Of a DNA stretch of 32,585 nucleotides, positions 1 to 6,986 are shown piece by piece. The notes beneath the pieces were generated by a model. That model was given only the letters and a program-made list of their open reading frames with translations. It searched no databases and was not told the origin of the DNA. Position 1 is the first letter of the stretch. Every line of letters begins with the position of its first letter. This DNA is from Planctomycetota bacterium (lineage in GTDB: Bacteria; Planctomycetota; UBA1135), in the NCBI GenBank assembly GCA_027623585.1, contig JAQBVK010000001.1, forward strand, positions 1 through 32,585. Reading direction: 5' to 3'. A program made the translations under genes and the position numbers.

Positions 1-1
1 G

Positions 2-448
2 ACGCTGCTGCGCGCTTACGCTCTGCACTACGCGGCGCAGGAGTACTCGGCGCACGACACCTATTTGACGCCCGGCGCAGATGCGATCGAAATCAGCCGC
101 GAAGCCCTGGATGAGTTGCTGCGCTTGGCGCGCGCCCACCCGGACTCGGCTTGGATGCGCGCGATTTGGAGCGACGCCGCCGGCACTCTCGCCGCCAAGC
201 GCGAGGTCGAGTTGGCGGAAGAGTTCTTAGGTCCCTTGCGGACCGAATTGGGTTGGCGAGACACCGGCATCACGCTGGCGTTGGCTCGCGCCGCGGCCGA
301 GATGCTGGACGAAGACGAGGCGCGAACGTTGCTGGAGGAAGTCTTGGCGAGCGAGCCTTCCCAGCCGGCGGCGCTGGAGTTACTCCGCGCTCTGGACAGC
401 GGCGCAGGACTGGCGCCCGACGCGCACCAGGGTCACGGCCACGACTGA
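2..448 (+). CDS. C-terminal part of a helical-repeat (TPR-like) protein; 5' end lies outside the window
   Basis: Frame 2 is open from the first bases of the window (TLLRAYALHYAAQEYS...) to TGA at 446-448. The ORF-track start at 65 is only a TTG inside this frame. The sequence is Ala/Leu/Glu-rich and helical with GC-rich third positions. No family recognised. Confidence 0.5.
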   Translation, partial: TLLRAYALHYAAQEYSAHDTYLTPGADAIEISREALDELLRLARAHPDSAWMRAIWSDAAGTLAAKREVELAEEFLGPLRTELGWRDTGITLALARAAAEMLDEDEARTLLEEVLASEPSQPAALELLRALDSGAGLAPDAHQGHGHD

Positions 449-490
449 GCAAGATCCTTCCGTTCCGCGCAAAGACTTCACGCGGAGGGA

Positions 491-496
491 TATAAT
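491..496 (+). promoter_or_regulatory. Perfect TATAAT hexamer 8 nt upstream of the ATG at 505 (candidate -10 box, would give a leaderless or near-leaderless mRNA)
   Basis: Sequence is ggagggaTATAATgttgccccATG. No convincing -35 at 16-18 nt spacing and no TG extension. A GGAGG at 484-488 could instead be a distant Shine-Dalgarno. Confidence 0.3.
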
Positions 497-504
497 GTTG
501 CCCC

Positions 505-2229
505 ATGCGTCGCTTCCTCCCTCTTCTGGCCGTCGCACTGACCGCCGCGCCCGCTCTTGCGCAGAGCGTGAATTCGGACATGGTCACTTACAACGGCACC
601 CCCGGAGCCGTCCCGGCTGATTTCGGAATCAACCGTTTGTTCGATGCGGATGGTGACGGCGTGTTCGCCACCACCGCGCTCGAGCGCATCTCCTTCGGCT
701 TCGACGCGCAGAGCCTCGTGAACTTCGTCGAAGACATGGTCTTCCACGTCGATCCGGGCAACAAGCGGGCCGTGTATGCGGTCGCAACGGACAACGTGAT
801 CCGGCTCGAAGACCTCAACGGCGACGGCGACTGCAACGACGCCGGCGAGATCACGGTGTGGGTGGACACGCGCGCGGCTTTCGGCGTCGGCAACACCAGT
901 CCGGACAGCCTCGACTTCGTGCCGGGCACGCACGTGATGTACGTGAGCGACGACATCTGGACCGGCGCGCCGACTTTCCCGAGCGGCATCCACCGCTACG
1001 AGGATCTGAACCTCGACGGTGACGCGCAGGATGCGGGTGAATCCAGCTTGTGGGTGGACGGAACCCTGACCCAAACCCTCGCCGAGAGCGGCGGCCCGGT
1101 GGTGATCGGCATGACCGACTTCGAGGCACTGATGGTCAGCTCTTCCGGAGTGGTGATTGGTTTCGAGCAGCAGATGCGCGCGCTGATCGCGTTCAAGGAC
1201 CTCAACACGGACGGCGACGCGATGGACGCCGGCGAAGCCTGGAACTTCTGCAATTTGGTCAAGAACACCGCCGTCAACGGCCTCGACGTGAACGCCGACG
1301 TGCTGTCCGGCGCGCTGCTCGAAGGCGGCTGCGTCTCCTCCAGCGGTCCCGGCATCTACACCTCGCTCGAAATCCTCGACGTGGGCTACGGCGAAGGCCC
1401 CGGCGGCCGTGACGCCTTTTACATGGCGACCACCGTGTCGCCGATCACTTGCGCTCCCGCCGCCGCGCTGGTTTATCGCGGCGTGGACCTGAACGACGAC
1501 GGCGACATCAACGACGCCGGCGAAGTCACGCTCTATTACGACGGCCCCAACAGCCCGCACTTGTACAACCCGAACAGCGTTTGGGGCGGCACCGCAAACG
1601 ATGGCGGCTTCAGCGCGTGGCACAACGCAGGCCCTCCGGGAACCACCGCCTTCATACGCGACACCATCGAGTTCTTGAAGGACGCCAACAACGACGGCGA
1701 CGCGATGGACGTTGGCGAGTCCTTGATTCTGCACTCTTGGGATCCGGATGGCACGTTCGCCGTGTGTCTGACCGACATGCCGGCCGGAGCCTTCTTCGAG
1801 CCGCCGCCGACTCCGCCCTTCTTCATCGAGTTCGGCACCGGCGCCTTCGGCACCAACGCGATGCGCGCTGAGATCGGCAACGCCGGTACGCCGGTGATCG
1901 GACAATCCTTCTCGGTGACGCTCGAAGACGCGCGCGCCAACACCACCGCGGTTCTGATGATGGGTTTCTCGAGAACGCAGTGGGGCAATCGCGCGCTGCC
2001 TTTCGACTTGGGCGCTTTCGGAGCGACTGGGTCGTTCTTGTACCAGTCGCGAAACTACATCTTCCCGACCTTCACCAACACGCTGGGCGAGGCCTCCTTC
2101 TCGATCAACGTGCCGAGTAACCCGAACTTCGTCGGCCGTGACCTCTACTTCCAGTGGCAGGTGATCGATCCGGGCGCGAATCCGCTCGGCGTGATCACTT
2201 CGAACGCCGGCTGGACGCAGGTCGAGTAG
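505..2229 (+). CDS. Secreted repeat protein with five to six DxNxDGDxxDxGE calcium-binding-like loops and a C-terminal beta-rich domain (function unknown)
   Basis: ATG at 505 with signal peptide MRRFLPLLAVALTAAPALA/QS. Loops: DLNGDGDCNDAGE (811-849), DLNLDGDAQDAGE (1003-1041), DLNTDGDAMDAGE (1198-1236), DLNDDGDINDAGE (1486-1524), DANNDGDAMDVGE (1681-1719), plus a weaker DADGDG (643-660). Followed by an intrinsic terminator. The antisense 591-aa ORF is Arg/Gly/His-rich nonsense. Confidence 0.8.
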   Translation: MRRFLPLLAVALTAAPALAQSVNSDMVTYNGTPGAVPADFGINRLFDADGDGVFATTALERISFGFDAQSLVNFVEDMVFHVDPGNKRAVYAVATDNVIRLEDLNGDGDCNDAGEITVWVDTRAAFGVGNTSPDSLDFVPGTHVMYVSDDIWTGAPTFPSGIHRYEDLNLDGDAQDAGESSLWVDGTLTQTLAESGGPVVIGMTDFEALMVSSSGVVIGFEQQMRALIAFKDLNTDGDAMDAGEAWNFCNLVKNTAVNGLDVNADVLSGALLEGGCVSSSGPGIYTSLEILDVGYGEGPGGRDAFYMATTVSPITCAPAAALVYRGVDLNDDGDINDAGEVTLYYDGPNSPHLYNPNSVWGGTANDGGFSAWHNAGPPGTTAFIRDTIEFLKDANNDGDAMDVGESLILHSWDPDGTFAVCLTDMPAGAFFEPPPTPPFFIEFGTGAFGTNAMRAEIGNAGTPVIGQSFSVTLEDARANTTAVLMMGFSRTQWGNRALPFDLGAFGATGSFLYQSRNYIFPTFTNTLGEASFSINVPSNPNFVGRDLYFQWQVIDPGANPLGVITSNAGWTQVE

Positions 2230-2265
2230 GGATTGCGTCACCGCGGGCCGCACCGCCCGTCAACA

Positions 2266-2302
2266 GAGGAGAGAGCCGCCCGGTTCTCTCCTCGTTTTCG
2301 TT
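2266..2302 (+). terminator. Rho-independent terminator after the repeat-protein gene
   Basis: GAGGAGAGA (2266-2274) pairs perfectly with TCTCTCCTC (2285-2293). The stem is extendable through GCC/GGT around a GCCC tetraloop and is followed by GTTTTCGTT. Confidence 0.8.
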
Positions 2303-2329
2303 CCGCAAAGCCCTAGACTGGATCCGCCG

Positions 2330-3883
2330 ATGCTCGCGCTGGCCGCCGCCGTATTTTCACTATTACAGTCGCCCTCCTTCGAGGAGATCGCGGACAAGTT
2401 GCGCAAGTCCGCCGACAAGGATTCTTATGAGGCCGGCGCAGTGGACGCCGCGAAGGCGCTCGCGGAAATGCGCAGCGTGGAGGCGATGGAGCTGCGCTTG
2501 GAGCTGTTCGACGCGCGCATGGACAGTTACCGCGGGGTCAATCTGCGCGACTGGTTCTACAGCGGCATGCTGAAAGCGAATACGCGCGCCGAAGGCGACT
2601 TGATGGCCGAAGCCGCGGCCGACGGCAAACGCAGCCTGTTCTTGCGCACCTTGTGCCTGCGTGCGCTCGAGGCTTCGCAAGCCCCGGTGGAGGGCGGTTT
2701 GTTGTTCGATCGCCGATTCTTGCGTAGCGAGGGCGAACTGCTGCGCGCCTGGCAGGGCGCGGCGGGCAAGGTGTTGAGCGACGCGCGGATGGAGTTCGCG
2801 CGCGATCCGGAGAAGCGCGCGATCGAGGCGCGGGCTCTGCTCCTCGACGCCGGGGCACCCGGGCTCGGCTTCCAGCACTTGCTCGACTGGAGCGCGGAAG
2901 AAATCGCGATGTTGAGCAAGGCGGCCGCATCGGCGAAGGATCCGGCCGATCGCGCGCAGACCTTGCGCGTGCTGGCCTCGCACAAGGAAGGCATTGCTTC
3001 GTTCCGATCCGCCGCCGCCACTGCGGTGCGCGGCAAGGATCGCGCGCCGATGGTGGCCGCGTTGGAAGCTGCCGCTCTGTTCGATCACTACGAGTTGGTG
3101 CCGGAGTTGATCAACTTGATGGAACGCAGCGTCAAGGACGAGGAGCTCGTGCGTTTCGTGCACGACTCCGGTAACTCCTTGCGGCGGCTTACCGGCTTGC
3201 CCTTCGGTCCGAAACCGGAAATGTGGCGCGGTTGGTGGGCGAAGGAGGGCGAAGCCTGGCTCAGCGAGCGCCGTTCGCGCAGCCTCGGGCCGAACGAGAA
3301 CCTGGGCATCGTGCGCGATAACCAATCGGACACCGTGTCGGCGCGGTTCTACGGACTGCCGGTCGACAGCGCGCGCGTGGCCATCGTCGTGGACGGGTCC
3401 GGCAGCATGAGCACCTCGAAACTCGGCGAGTTGAGCACCGTGGAGTCGGCGGCGCGCGAAGTTTCCAGCTTCTGCGAGCGCCTGCCCGACAAGGCGGTGT
3501 TCCAGGTGTGGATCATCGAGGCTGCACCCTTCGCCGCGTTCAAGAAGGCGATGCCCGTGAATCGATCCAACCGCGAGAAGGCGATGGATTTCTTGCGCAA
3601 TCGTTCCTACCGCAGCACTTCTTCGGTCGTGGAAGCGCTGGAGGCTGCGATGTCCGATCCCGACATCGATACCGTGGTGCTGGTCGGCGACGGCGGCAGC
3701 AGTTCGGGCGCGCACCAGTTCGACGGACACCTGCTCGATGCCGCCAAGCGGCTCTACGCGCGCCACGGCGTGCGCATCCACACCGTGCTGGTCACCGACA
3801 GCACGCGCCACGAGAAGTTGATGAAGGATCTGGCCGAAGTCACCGGGGGTACAATGGTCAAACCCTCGGGATCTTCTGGCTGA
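2330..3883 (+). CDS. HEAT/armadillo-like helical repeat protein with C-terminal von Willebrand factor A (vWA) domain
   Basis: ATG at 2330. About 340 aa of Ala/Leu/Glu-rich helical sequence, including LTGLPFGPKPEMWRGWW. Then VAIVVDGSGSMS (MIDAS DxSxS, Asp codon at 3392) and VVLVGDGGSS, typical of vWA. The TGA at 3881-3883 overlaps the next ATG. Confidence 0.75.
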   Translation: MLALAAAVFSLLQSPSFEEIADKLRKSADKDSYEAGAVDAAKALAEMRSVEAMELRLELFDARMDSYRGVNLRDWFYSGMLKANTRAEGDLMAEAAADGKRSLFLRTLCLRALEASQAPVEGGLLFDRRFLRSEGELLRAWQGAAGKVLSDARMEFARDPEKRAIEARALLLDAGAPGLGFQHLLDWSAEEIAMLSKAAASAKDPADRAQTLRVLASHKEGIASFRSAAATAVRGKDRAPMVAALEAAALFDHYELVPELINLMERSVKDEELVRFVHDSGNSLRRLTGLPFGPKPEMWRGWWAKEGEAWLSERRSRSLGPNENLGIVRDNQSDTVSARFYGLPVDSARVAIVVDGSGSMSTSKLGELSTVESAAREVSSFCERLPDKAVFQVWIIEAAPFAAFKKAMPVNRSNREKAMDFLRNRSYRSTSSVVEALEAAMSDPDIDTVVLVGDGGSSSGAHQFDGHLLDAAKRLYARHGVRIHTVLVTDSTRHEKLMKDLAEVTGGTMVKPSGSSG

Positions 3884-5679
3884 TGCTCCTCGCGCTTTCT
3901 CTCCTGCTTGCGGCTTCGTGCCAACAGCTTGAAGTCCACTTCCTCGACGTCGGCCAGGGAGACGCCACCTTGATCGTCTCGCCGAGCGGGAAGACTTTCC
4001 TCTTCGACGCTGGAGACAACGGTCAGGGCAACGCTGCGATCGTGCCTTATCTGCAAGCGCGCGGTATCACGCATCTCGATCACGTCGGCAGCAGCCACTA
4101 TCACGCGGATCACCTCGGCGGACTCGACGAAGTGTGGAACGCCGGCATCCACGCGACGGTGTGTTGGGATCGTGGCAACGTCAACGAACCCACCACGCAG
4201 TCCTATCAGGACTACAAGAGCCGCTACGCGGGCGTGCGCCAAACGGTGCAGCCGGGGCAGATCGTGGATCTCGGCGGCGGCGTGACGATGCGCTGCCTCT
4301 CCGTCGAAGGACGGCTCGCCGGCGGCGGCAGCGTGAACATCAGCGGCTCCTCGCAGTGGGAGAACTCCGCGAGCATCGCGTGGAAGTTGGAGTACGGCGA
4401 CTTCGATCTCTTCCTAGGCGGCGATCTCACCGGCGGCGGCAACGGCACCACCGACGTGGAGTCGAGCGTCGGCGCCCTCTGCGGCGACGTGGACGTGTAT
4501 CAATTGAATCACCACGGTTCGCTGACCAGCAGTAACGCGAACTTCGTGGCGGCGCTGCAGCCTGAGTTCTGCGTGGTGCCTTGCGGCAGCGGCAACATCT
4601 ACGGCTACCCCAAGCAGCCGGTCACCGACCGGCTCAACAAGCCCAGCCGCGCGATCCCGGTGTGGTGCACCACCGACGGCGTCGGTACCGAGGGCTTCGT
4701 GGACGGCGGCGGCCACCTCCGGCTCACGACCGACGGCGCTACCTATACCGTCAGCGCGCTCGACGGCACCACGCTGCGTTTCCTCTGCGACGAGCGCGCG
4801 CTGGCCGCGCCGCAGGCTGGCGAACTGGTGGGCAGCGAGTTCCATCGCGATCCCGCCGCGGTCAACGACGCCGACGGCGAATGGTTCGAGATCGGAGGCA
4901 CGCGCGCGAGCGGCGACGCCTCGCTCGATGGCCTGAGCGCGCTAGACGCCGGCACGGATTCCTTCACTATTGCCACCGGCTTGCTGATCGGTGCGGATCA
5001 ATACCTTGTGTGCGCCGCCGACGGCCTCCCCGCGCGCAACGGAGGCATCCGTCCCGCGCTGGCCTGGCCGAGCGGCAGTTTTGCGCTCTCCAACAGCGGC
5101 GACCGCGTCGCGCTGAAGTCCGGCGCCACTACGATCGACCAAGTGGATTGGAGCAACGGTTGGCCTGGCGGCAGCGGCGTCGCCAGCGAACGCCGCGACT
5201 TGTACGCAAGCTCCGCTCAGTCGAATCACGCAGCCGCCGTCTCCAGCTTCGGCGCCGGCGACAAAGGCACGCCCGGCAAGCGCAACGACGCCGACGTCAC
5301 GCCCTGGAGCGGCGGCGGCGGTCCGCTCGTCATCAACGTCATCACACAACCGACTGTCGGTGGCCCAATGGTGATGGATTGGCTCGCGCCCGGCGAGGCC
5401 GGCTACTCCTATCGAGGCGGCGTCTGCTTCGGCACCTTCCCCGGCCATGTTTTCGGCGGCCTCCAAATCCCCGCCAATCTCGACGCCGCCTGGAACCTCA
5501 CTTCCGCGCGCCCCGGCTGGTCCGGCACCGTTCCGCCCGGAGAAGCCATGCGAGTATCGGTGAACGTTCCCAACAACGCCGCGCACCACGGCCGCATCGT
5601 CTTCGCCGCCTTCTACACCTATTCCCCTGGCCCACTCGGCCGCAAAGTGTCTCCAGTGGCCCTCATGATCGTGCTGTGA
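3883..5679 (+). CDS. Exported (possibly lipoprotein) metallo-beta-lactamase-fold hydrolase of the ComEC/Rec2 MBL type, fused to a lamin-tail domain (LTD) and a C-terminal beta-rich domain
   Basis: ATG at 3883 lies in a TGATG overlap with the upstream stop; the ORF-track start at 3508 is an out-of-context extension across the vWA gene. MLLALSLLLAASC is signal/lipobox-like. MBL motifs: LEVHFLDVGQGDATLI, SSHYHADHLGG (HxHxDH), NHHGS. LTD-like segment at about 4819-5200: GEWFEI...SLDGLSAL...FALSNSGDRVALKSGATTIDQVDW. Confidence 0.8.
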   Translation: MLLALSLLLAASCQQLEVHFLDVGQGDATLIVSPSGKTFLFDAGDNGQGNAAIVPYLQARGITHLDHVGSSHYHADHLGGLDEVWNAGIHATVCWDRGNVNEPTTQSYQDYKSRYAGVRQTVQPGQIVDLGGGVTMRCLSVEGRLAGGGSVNISGSSQWENSASIAWKLEYGDFDLFLGGDLTGGGNGTTDVESSVGALCGDVDVYQLNHHGSLTSSNANFVAALQPEFCVVPCGSGNIYGYPKQPVTDRLNKPSRAIPVWCTTDGVGTEGFVDGGGHLRLTTDGATYTVSALDGTTLRFLCDERALAAPQAGELVGSEFHRDPAAVNDADGEWFEIGGTRASGDASLDGLSALDAGTDSFTIATGLLIGADQYLVCAADGLPARNGGIRPALAWPSGSFALSNSGDRVALKSGATTIDQVDWSNGWPGGSGVASERRDLYASSAQSNHAAAVSSFGAGDKGTPGKRNDADVTPWSGGGGPLVINVITQPTVGGPMVMDWLAPGEAGYSYRGGVCFGTFPGHVFGGLQIPANLDAAWNLTSARPGWSGTVPPGEAMRVSVNVPNNAAHHGRIVFAAFYTYSPGPLGRKVSPVALMIVL

Positions 5680-6110
5680 TGAAGCGCTTGCGCTGGCTCT
5701 ACCCGCTCGCGCTGCTGCTCGCGTGCTTCGCATGGACCTTGGACAGCGGCATCACTCCTCACGAAGGAGCCCTGAGCCGTTGGGGGCCAGCCTTCCTTGC
5801 ACTGCTCTACGCCACCGGGGTAAGCATGGCCTTCCTGAAACGACCCTTGGGCCTAGCCTTTCATTGGTCCTTCGTGGCGCGCACCACTGCGCTCATGGTG
5901 CTGTTCGGAACTTGCTTCGGCGTTCTTCTGATTCCAGTCACGGGGAGCGGAGCATTGCTAGCACTCGGCGGTTCCGCCTTGATCGCGCCCTCCGTATGGA
6001 TCCTACTGCGCTACTCGAGTTCGGTCGAGCTCTGGCAGATGGCTTCAGTCGGGGCGGCCGTCGGCACGGGGCGCGAGCAGGATCGGGGTGAAAGCGACGA
6101 GGAACAGTAA
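5679..6110 (+). CDS. Small predicted 4-TM membrane protein (unknown function)
   Basis: ATG at 5679 lies in a TGATG overlap with the upstream stop. Four hydrophobic segments: YPLALLLACFAWTL, WGPAFLALLYATGVSMAF, TTALMVLFGTCFGVLLIPV, GALLALGGSALIAPSVWILL. Third-position GC is visibly lower than in neighbours. The last 66 nt overlap the 3' end of nnrS on the other strand. The rest of the 509-aa ORF (from 4581) is Arg-rich out-of-frame sequence. Confidence 0.5.
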   Translation: MKRLRWLYPLALLLACFAWTLDSGITPHEGALSRWGPAFLALLYATGVSMAFLKRPLGLAFHWSFVARTTALMVLFGTCFGVLLIPVTGSGALLALGGSALIAPSVWILLRYSSSVELWQMASVGAAVGTGREQDRGESDEEQ

Positions 6111-6917
6111 GAACGCGGCTGCGAAGAGAGCGCCGGCGAGTTGCACCGTGAGATTCCACGCGCTCGACGGCAGCAGCAACGACGAAAGGCGCGCGAGCGG
6201 CGCCGCGAACATCAGCGCGAAGGCGATTCTCACCAGCGGTGAAGGTGCCATCGGACGGCCGGTGTGGCCCAGGGAAACCCGCACCATCATGCCCAGCGTC
6301 ATCGTGCCGATGACTCCGATCGTCAGCGCATGCAGCGCCGTGGTTTCGGCCACCGGTAATCCCGCGTGCGCAGCGGCGAGCAGTAGTTGCCCGATGCCGA
6401 TCCACGCATAGCCGACGTGCAGCACCAGCACCATCGGAATGCGGAAGACCTCGCGCACGGTCCATTGCGTCATGCGCAAGAGATTGGCGGCGCCAGCAAG
6501 CGCAAGGCACCCGGCGAACCCGGGACCGGAGTGGCCTGCGGCGACGGACAGTGCGACCCCCGCCGTGGCGCCGATCGCGACGCCGTTGAGCAGAGGACGT
6601 TGCCGCACCTTGCCGCGTCCGGTGGCGACCCACGTGAACATGCCGATCACGCGGCCGCCCACCACGACGTTGAGTAGCACCACGAAGTGAACCGCCGCCA
6701 ACAGCAGGGTGCGTCCACCCATCGCATCACCTGCCGCGAAGCGCAGGTGAATGAACGCGTCACAAGCAGTCAGTAGGCCGAGCACGGCGACGATGCCGAG
6801 GTTGCGCCAACTCTTGCTCGCGATCACCGGTCGCGCCACCGTGACTAACAAGGCGACCGGGAACGCGAGTCCGAGCGCGGCGACGACGCCCGGCGACAAA
6901 CTGCTCTGCGCGGCCAT
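6045..6917 (-). CDS. nnrS: NnrS-family membrane protein, N-terminally truncated (relic or shortened form); NnrS-like sequence continues to about 6975 without a start codon
   Basis: LHALTIGVIGTMTLGMMVRVSLGHTGRP and the C-terminal ILLAPRADGRPD are NnrS-like. The first ATG inside the NnrS-like part is at 6917 (MAAQSSL). The N-terminal helices with the conserved His-containing segment expected in full-length NnrS are absent. The remainder of the 503-aa ORF (to 7556) is antisense to the ATPase gene and is Arg/Glu/Gly-rich. Confidence 0.6.
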   Translation of the reverse strand: MAAQSSLSPGVVAALGLAFPVALLVTVARPVIASKSWRNLGIVAVLGLLTACDAFIHLRFAAGDAMGGRTLLLAAVHFVVLLNVVVGGRVIGMFTWVATGRGKVRQRPLLNGVAIGATAGVALSVAAGHSGPGFAGCLALAGAANLLRMTQWTVREVFRIPMVLVLHVGYAWIGIGQLLLAAAHAGLPVAETTALHALTIGVIGTMTLGMMVRVSLGHTGRPMAPSPLVRIAFALMFAAPLARLSSLLLPSSAWNLTVQLAGALFAAAFLLFLVAFTPILLAPRADGRPD

Positions 6918-6986
6918 GGCCACGCGCCCGGTTAGCCACAAGCCCAGCAAGCCGGCGAGCGCGCCGCCTCCGAACGTGCGCCGATC

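Noticed and set aside
460-475. Shared motif CGTTCCGC(GC)AAAG upstream of both the repeat-protein gene (460-475) and the vWA gene (2299-2310)
   Set aside because: Only an 8-mer core is identical. The distances to the start codons differ, and the second copy overlaps the terminator T-tract. A chance recurrence at this length is plausible. It is worth a motif search only if more copies appear genome-wide.
465-485. Hairpin CCGCG-N11-CGCGG after the first (partial) gene as a terminator
   Set aside because: Short stem, large loop, and no downstream T-tract.
478-2253. 591-aa ORF on the minus strand covering the whole repeat-protein gene
   Set aside because: The translation is Arg/Gly/Ala/His/Val-rich with no motifs or export signal. 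It is the typical antisense shadow ORF of a GC-rich gene. The plus-strand product has a signal peptide, repeats and a downstream terminator.
3508-3882. Upstream ORF-track extensions taken as true N-termini: 3508 for the MBL gene, and likewise 14485 for icd, 31975 for actB, 23832 for coxII, 19966 for the coxIII-like gene, 11577 for the CarboxypepD_reg-like gene
   Set aside because: The extensions are Arg/Pro-rich, overlap the upstream gene, and precede obvious native N-termini (signal peptides, [20 protein letters not shown]). These native starts coincide with ATGA/TGATG coupling to the upstream stop.
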